This document shows positions 59,389 through 64,000 of a stretch of DNA of 64,000 nucleotides, one piece after another (position 1 is the first letter of the stretch; every line of letters starts with the position of its first letter). Source of the DNA: Nitrospirota bacterium. GTDB lineage: Bacteria > Nitrospirota > JACRHJ01. A model generated the notes under the pieces. The model was not told the DNA's origin. It searched no databases and was given only the letters and a program-made list of their open reading frames with translations. The stretch is taken from the NCBI GenBank assembly GCA_963845245.1, contig CAWJRJ010000018.1:64001-128000 (forward strand), written 5' to 3'. A program made the position numbers and the translations under genes.

Positions 59389-59685
59389 ATGGATGCTGCG
59401 AGCCTGGAAGTGTTCTGCACTAATATCCAATGCGGTGATTCCGAGGTGCATGCGGACGCCCTGTCCCAGCACGAAACGCGCAAATACCGCAAGATGAGCT
59501 ATATGGGAAGCAAGGAGATAAAGACTGTAAACGTTATTGCGAATAAATTGTTTAACAAACCGGATCCTCCACAAGGGATGTACCATTTCTATAGCTGTCC
59601 TGTTTGTGGAGCCAAACGTGTCTATAGTGAGAATAAGGGACTGTTAGCCGAAGTGGATAAAGATACCGCAAAATTGCTGGCCTAA
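59389..59685 (+). CDS. Small hypothetical protein with a possible zinc site (CxxxxC...CPVC)
   Basis: 98-aa ORF with RBS, CTNIQC and YSCPVCG. Confidence 0.55.
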   Translation: MDAASLEVFCTNIQCGDSEVHADALSQHETRKYRKMSYMGSKEIKTVNVIANKLFNKPDPPQGMYHFYSCPVCGAKRVYSENKGLLAEVDKDTAKLLA

Positions 59686-59693
59686 ACAGGATT

Positions 59694-60176
59694 ATGAAAA
59701 GAGTCCTCCTTATTATTCCGTTGTTCTTGTATACCGCGACATTCGCCTACGGTGCCTCCCTTGCCACGATCAAGGCCACAAGCCGCATGCTTCCCGAAGG
59801 CCGTGTGGAATACACCTATCGGTAGCAAACAAAAGCAAAAGCAACATCGCCATGGTCTGGGTCGGGTATGTATTCCGAAGCTGAGAAGCCGGAGCTGGAG
59901 GTTATGCCTGTCGGATGGGACTTCTTTAAAGGCCTGCCGAAGGGATCCTGTGCTTCACCGGATGGTTGGGACTGTTCGGTGATAACACAGGAAGAGAGCA
60001 ACCGCCACTTTATCGAGTGGAGCGTAAAGGAGAATGGTGTAGCCCCGTTCAAGCCCGGCAAGGTCCTGAAAGGCTTTACTGTAATCCTGCCAAAGGCCGA
60101 CGTTGCCTACCTCAAAGGCCATTTCACGGTATTCTTTGACGCCGACGAGCCTTTTTCTTCCTGTCTGTCTAACTGA
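59694..60176 (+). CDS. Hypothetical secreted protein, frameshifted near 59820-59880
   Basis: Signal-peptide-like MKRVLLIIPLFLYTATFAYG joins ORF 59868-60176 (SPDGW..IEW..PGKVLKGF). Confidence 0.5.
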
Positions 60177-60243
60177 TAATCATTATCATTTTTTTTTATT
60201 TGCGCTATACTTAAAATATAGAATACAACAAACGAGGCGGGAT

Positions 60244-60657
60244 ATGAAGCTTCTCGGTTGGTTGATTGTATCATTGATTATTGCCATTGCAGTCTCGGGG
60301 CCGGTTTTTGCGGATGATTATTCAAGCATGACTTGGAATAACAACGGCTGGGGCAACACAGACTTTGGCAAATCCAGTTGGGGTAATACCGGTTTTGGCA
60401 GCTCTGATTGGGGCAACACCAATTGGAAAAATACCGACTGGGGAGATCATGAGCAGTATTGGAAGGGTGAAAAGCCTATAGAGCAACTGATTAAGGTGAC
60501 TCTCGGAATAAAAAAACCGAACGGTTCCTGCTCCATAGCTGTAACCTGGGACAAATCGAGCGATGATGCAATAAGTGCTGTAGCCAAGAATTGCCAGGAC
60601 TGCATGATAACGAATCTGGTGAACAGTGTGGAGAACGCCGAAAACTTTTGCCAGTGA
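60244..60657 (+). CDS. Small secreted protein with (W/F)G(N/K/S)(T/S)x pentapeptide repeats and a C-terminal 4-Cys domain
   Basis: Signal peptide ending VFA; WGNTDFGKSSWGNTGFGSSDWGNTNWKNTDWG; GSC...CQDC...FC. Confidence 0.7.
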   Translation: MKLLGWLIVSLIIAIAVSGPVFADDYSSMTWNNNGWGNTDFGKSSWGNTGFGSSDWGNTNWKNTDWGDHEQYWKGEKPIEQLIKVTLGIKKPNGSCSIAVTWDKSSDDAISAVAKNCQDCMITNLVNSVENAENFCQ

Positions 60658-60669
60658 TAGAGGTGTAAG

Positions 60670-60996
60670 ATGAAAACCTTTGTTATTTTCCTGGTGTCAG
60701 CGGTGATGGTCTTGACTACTATGGCGCCGATGGCGGTATCTGATGACACTCTGATGCCTCCTATGAATTCGTATGGCGAACGGACTGAGCCGCTTAACAG
60801 TTACTATATTGGTATACATCGCCCGGACGGAGGTTGCGCGACGGTCGAGGTTTTTGCAAAAAACCTTGACGAGGCTGTTAAGATTGTCAAAAAAGACCGT
60901 TGCGATTTCTGTGCGCTTGACGACTTGACAGCCTATTATACGTCCACATCTCCTGATGTGATAGCGCAGGCAAACAATACCTGTCCGATGCGGTGA
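60670..60996 (+). CDS. Small secreted 4-Cys domain protein (paralog 2)
   Basis: GAGGT RBS, signal peptide, GGC...CDFC..DLT...TC. Confidence 0.7.
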   Translation: MKTFVIFLVSAVMVLTTMAPMAVSDDTLMPPMNSYGERTEPLNSYYIGIHRPDGGCATVEVFAKNLDEAVKIVKKDRCDFCALDDLTAYYTSTSPDVIAQANNTCPMR

Positions 60997-61022
60997 GGTG
61001 GTTATCAGAAAGGAGGCCTGCC

Positions 61023-61355
61023 ATGAAGTTTTACGGATTACTGCTAAGCATGTTTGTTTTATTTGTCTTGGCCGTCTGCGCAAAAAACAGTTATGCCCTG
61101 GATGAAGGAGTGCTGACTATGACCTGCGGCGGGGAGTATGCCGTTTACGGGGCACAGAACTACTATTTTGGATATACCGACGAGAAAGGTAACTGCGGCG
61201 TCCAGTCATATTACGCAAACACTCCTGGCGAAGCATACAGCTGCGCAAAGAAGGTGTGCAAAGAATGCAGTCTTCGTGACCTGACCGGGTTATACCAGTT
61301 TTGGAGCGCAATGCCCGGATATAACCCAGGTGAGCAGTTCTGTCTCGGAAAATAG
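61023..61355 (+). CDS. Small secreted Cys-rich protein (paralog 3)
   Basis: AGGAGG RBS, signal peptide ending SYA, GNC...CKEC..DLT...FC. Confidence 0.7.
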   Translation: MKFYGLLLSMFVLFVLAVCAKNSYALDEGVLTMTCGGEYAVYGAQNYYFGYTDEKGNCGVQSYYANTPGEAYSCAKKVCKECSLRDLTGLYQFWSAMPGYNPGEQFCLGK

Positions 61356-61364
61356 CACTACATG

Positions 61365-61394
61365 AAAAAACCCCGCTTCTTGCGGGGTTTTTTA
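61365..61394 (+). terminator. Intrinsic terminator
   Basis: aaaaaaccccgc-ttctt-gcggggtttttt. Confidence 0.85.
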
Positions 61395-61480
61395 TGGATG
61401 TGTAGAAAATGCCGCTTCTTGTAGCACATTAATCAATGTAATTTCTTTACATACTTATGCCTCTATGTTAAATTTTAATC

Positions 61481-62560
61481 ATGAGACATACAGAACTCTT
61501 TGAGAAGCATAAATCACTTGGGGCCAAGCTGGTGGAGTTCCATGGCTGGGAGATGCCGCTTGAGTATTCAGGCGTAGTCTCGGAGCACAAGGCGGTCAGG
61601 CGTGCCGCCGGACTCTTCGATGTCAGCCATATGGGTACGATCGAGGTCGGAGGCCGTGACAGCCAGGCGTTCCTTGAGAAGGTACTCCCGTTCAGGCCGG
61701 ATACCCTTCCCGTGGACAGGGTGCGCTACGCCTTCCTGCTGAACCAGGCAGGCGGGATAAAGGACGACCTGATCGTCTTCCGCCTCAACGAGGAACGGTT
61801 TCTGCTGGTCGTGAATGCCTCAAACACCGAAAAGGACCTCGAATGGCTGCGGGCAAATGCGGCAGGTTTTGACGCGGTTGTTATAGATGACAGTCCGGAC
61901 ACCTCTATCCTGGCTCTTCAGGGTCCGGCCTCGTGGGACATAGTAAAGAAGGCGCTGGGCATAGACCCGGCTTCGATAAAATACCACGCATTCATAAATT
62001 CCGAGTTTGAAGGCACGGGCTATATACTGTCAAAGACGGGCTACACGGGCGAGAAGGGGTTTGAGATATACATACACAAACATACAGTCGGCAGGATGTG
62101 GGACGCCCTCATGGATGCCGGGAGTGAATATGGCTTGCTCCCCTGCGGGCTTGGGGCCAGGGACACCCTAAGGCTGGAGATGGGCTACCTCCTCTACGGC
62201 AACGACATAGACGAGGCCACCAACCCGTTTGAGGCCGGATATGCCGGGGTCCTGGACTTCGAGAACACCGAGTTCATAGGCCGCGAGCCACTTGCAAGGA
62301 TAAAGGACGACCTGCCCGAAAGGAGGCTAACCGGTTTAATGATGACGGGTAAGGGGATACCGCGCCACGGCTCGCTTATTAGGGCTTCGGGACTTGAGGC
62401 AGGGGTCGTGACCAGCGGCAATTACTCACCGTCGTTGAGGATAGGCATCGCGCTTGGCTACCTGAAGACCGGCACCGGCACCGAGGACCTCACCATAGAG
62501 GTGCACGGAAAGCGCTTCGGTGCGCGTGTGTCCGATTACCCCTTCTACAAGCGGAAATAA
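61481..62560 (+). CDS. gcvT: Glycine cleavage system aminomethyltransferase T
   Basis: FHGWEMPLEY, LFDVSHMG, ALQGP, TGYTGEKGFE, GLGARDTLRLE, VTSG. Confidence 0.95.
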   Translation: MRHTELFEKHKSLGAKLVEFHGWEMPLEYSGVVSEHKAVRRAAGLFDVSHMGTIEVGGRDSQAFLEKVLPFRPDTLPVDRVRYAFLLNQAGGIKDDLIVFRLNEERFLLVVNASNTEKDLEWLRANAAGFDAVVIDDSPDTSILALQGPASWDIVKKALGIDPASIKYHAFINSEFEGTGYILSKTGYTGEKGFEIYIHKHTVGRMWDALMDAGSEYGLLPCGLGARDTLRLEMGYLLYGNDIDEATNPFEAGYAGVLDFENTEFIGREPLARIKDDLPERRLTGLMMTGKGIPRHGSLIRASGLEAGVVTSGNYSPSLRIGIALGYLKTGTGTEDLTIEVHGKRFGARVSDYPFYKRK

Positions 62561-62561
62561 G

Positions 62562-63898
62562 ATGAGATACATCCCGAACACCCGGCGGGACAAAGACGAG
62601 ATGCTCGAGGCGATCGGGGTCGACGCCTTCGAGAAGCTTGTCTCCAATATCCCGGAAGGTCTCCTCCTGAATTCCTCATTGAAAATCCCTGCCGCGCTCT
62701 CAGAACCGGAACTTAGCCGCGAGCTTCAGGCACTCTCAGACGACAATGCCGATACGTCCCGGTATGCATGCTTTCTGGGCGGCGGCGCATACGACCATTT
62801 CATACCCTCGGTTGTCGGGCATCTTGCCTCCCGTTCCGAATTTTATACCGCATATACGCCTTACCAGGCCGAGGTCAGCCAGGGCATCCTCCAGGCTGCG
62901 TTCGAGTACCAGAGCATGGTGTGCGAGCTGACCGGCATGGGTGCCGCAAACGCCTCCATGTATGACGGCGCATCCGCGATGGCCGAGGCCGCGCTGATGG
63001 CGCAGAGGCTGACAAAGCGCAGCGAGGTAGCGGTCTCGATGGCCGTCCACCCCAATTACAGGCAGGTACTGAGGACATACATGCGGGGCATAGGTTCCGC
63101 AGATAGTCGAGATACCGTACCTCCCTGCCGAGGGCGTAACGGACCTTGACGCCCTTGGCGAGGACATAACAGGCAATACCGCCGCTGTCATAATACAGTA
63201 CCCGAACTTCTTCGGTTGCGTTGAAGACCTTCAAGAGGCGGCCAGGCTTGCGCACGAGAAAGGGGCGCTGCTTGTTGCAGTAATAGACCCGATCTCCATG
63301 GGCATATTGAAATCTCCAGGCGAACTTGGCGCGGACATAGTCGTCGGCGAGGGACAGCCGCTTGGCAAGACACTCTCATACGGCGGCCCTTACCTCGGCA
63401 TCTTCGCATGCAAGGAAGAGCACCTGCGGCAGATGCCGGGCAGGGTGGTCGGCGAGACGAAGGACAAAAACGGAAAGCGCGGATACGTGCTCACGCTCCA
63501 GACGCAGGGAGCAGCACATAAAGAGGGAGCGCGCCACGTCGAACATCTGCACCAACGAGGCCCTTGTGGCGCTGATGGCAGCGGTATATCTGTCCGCGTT
63601 GGGCAGGCAGGGGCTTAAGGATGTGGCCGGGCTCTGCCTGCAGAAATCCCATTATGCTTATGACGAGCTTTTAAAAAGGCCTGGGGTGGCCGGGGCTTTT
63701 TCCGCTCCATTTTTCAAGGAGTTTGCGGTCAGGCTGAAAAAAGAGCCGTCACAGGTTAACCGGAAACTCTTAAAGAATAAAATAATAGGCGGGCTTGACC
63801 TTGGTGTATACTACCCGGAACTCAAAAACCATATGCTGATTGCGGTAACAGAAAAAAGGACCAAAGAGGAGATTGATACGTTTGCAGGATTACTATAG
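62562..63898 (+). CDS. gcvPA: Glycine dehydrogenase (decarboxylating) subunit 1; frameshifts near 63090-63130 and 63505
   Basis: [60 protein letters not shown]. Confidence 0.92.
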
Positions 63899-63904
63899 AG
63901 CGTT

Positions 63905-64000
63905 ATGACAAACCTTATGTATTTCTCCCTGTTCGGCGGCGTGATGCTCCTCGTCTACGGCATACGCCAGGCCGGAGAAGGCCTCCAGAAGGCCGCAGGT
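63905..64000 (+). CDS. Probable Na/Pi cotransporter family protein, 3'-partial
   Basis: MTNLMYFSLFGGVMLLVYGIRQAGEGLQKAAG resembles the GG...L.G......GLQK.AG N-terminus of that family. Confidence 0.6.
   Translation, partial: MTNLMYFSLFGGVMLLVYGIRQAGEGLQKAAG

Overview
Bacterial chromosomal window, GC-rich in core genes with AT-rich accessory inserts. The 16S looks Nitrospirota/Thermodesulfovibrionia-like, but that is a tentative by-eye call. Many single-base indels split otherwise intact housekeeping genes, which points to long-read assembly errors, so split ORFs were re-joined. Core content in order: trmFO-xerC-hslV-hslU; argB/thiD; tadA, two tRNA-Ser, SRP RNA, dnaX-ebfC-recR; a four-subunit pyruvate:ferredoxin oxidoreductase (porCDAB); a cobamide cluster (cobO-cobU-cobT-cobS-cobC-cbiA, bzaF, cbiX) with two cobalamin riboswitches; tyrS; a complete rRNA operon (16S, Ile, Ala, 23S, 5S); gcvT-gcvPA. 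The outstanding feature is an 18.4-kb two-gene operon (17018-35368) behind a sigma54-type promoter, encoding two giant secreted multiheme c-cytochromes with about 92 canonical CxxCH motifs by hand count. Protein A (1882 aa, 42 CxxCH) ends in five tandem hexaheme modules that follow the motif order of the Geobacter nanowire cytochrome OmcS, so it looks like a genetically pre-polymerised nanowire segment. Protein B (about 4200 aa after frameshift repair, 50 CxxCH) carries an inserted carbohydrate-binding-like domain and a stalk of about 16 fibronectin-III domains. Other notable items: a degenerate MshEN-PilB-pseudo-receiver fusion among small secreted PEGA/Pro-aromatic proteins, a gene flanked by a duplication of the 5S rRNA 3' end plus terminator, and three tandem paralogous small Cys-rich secreted proteins.
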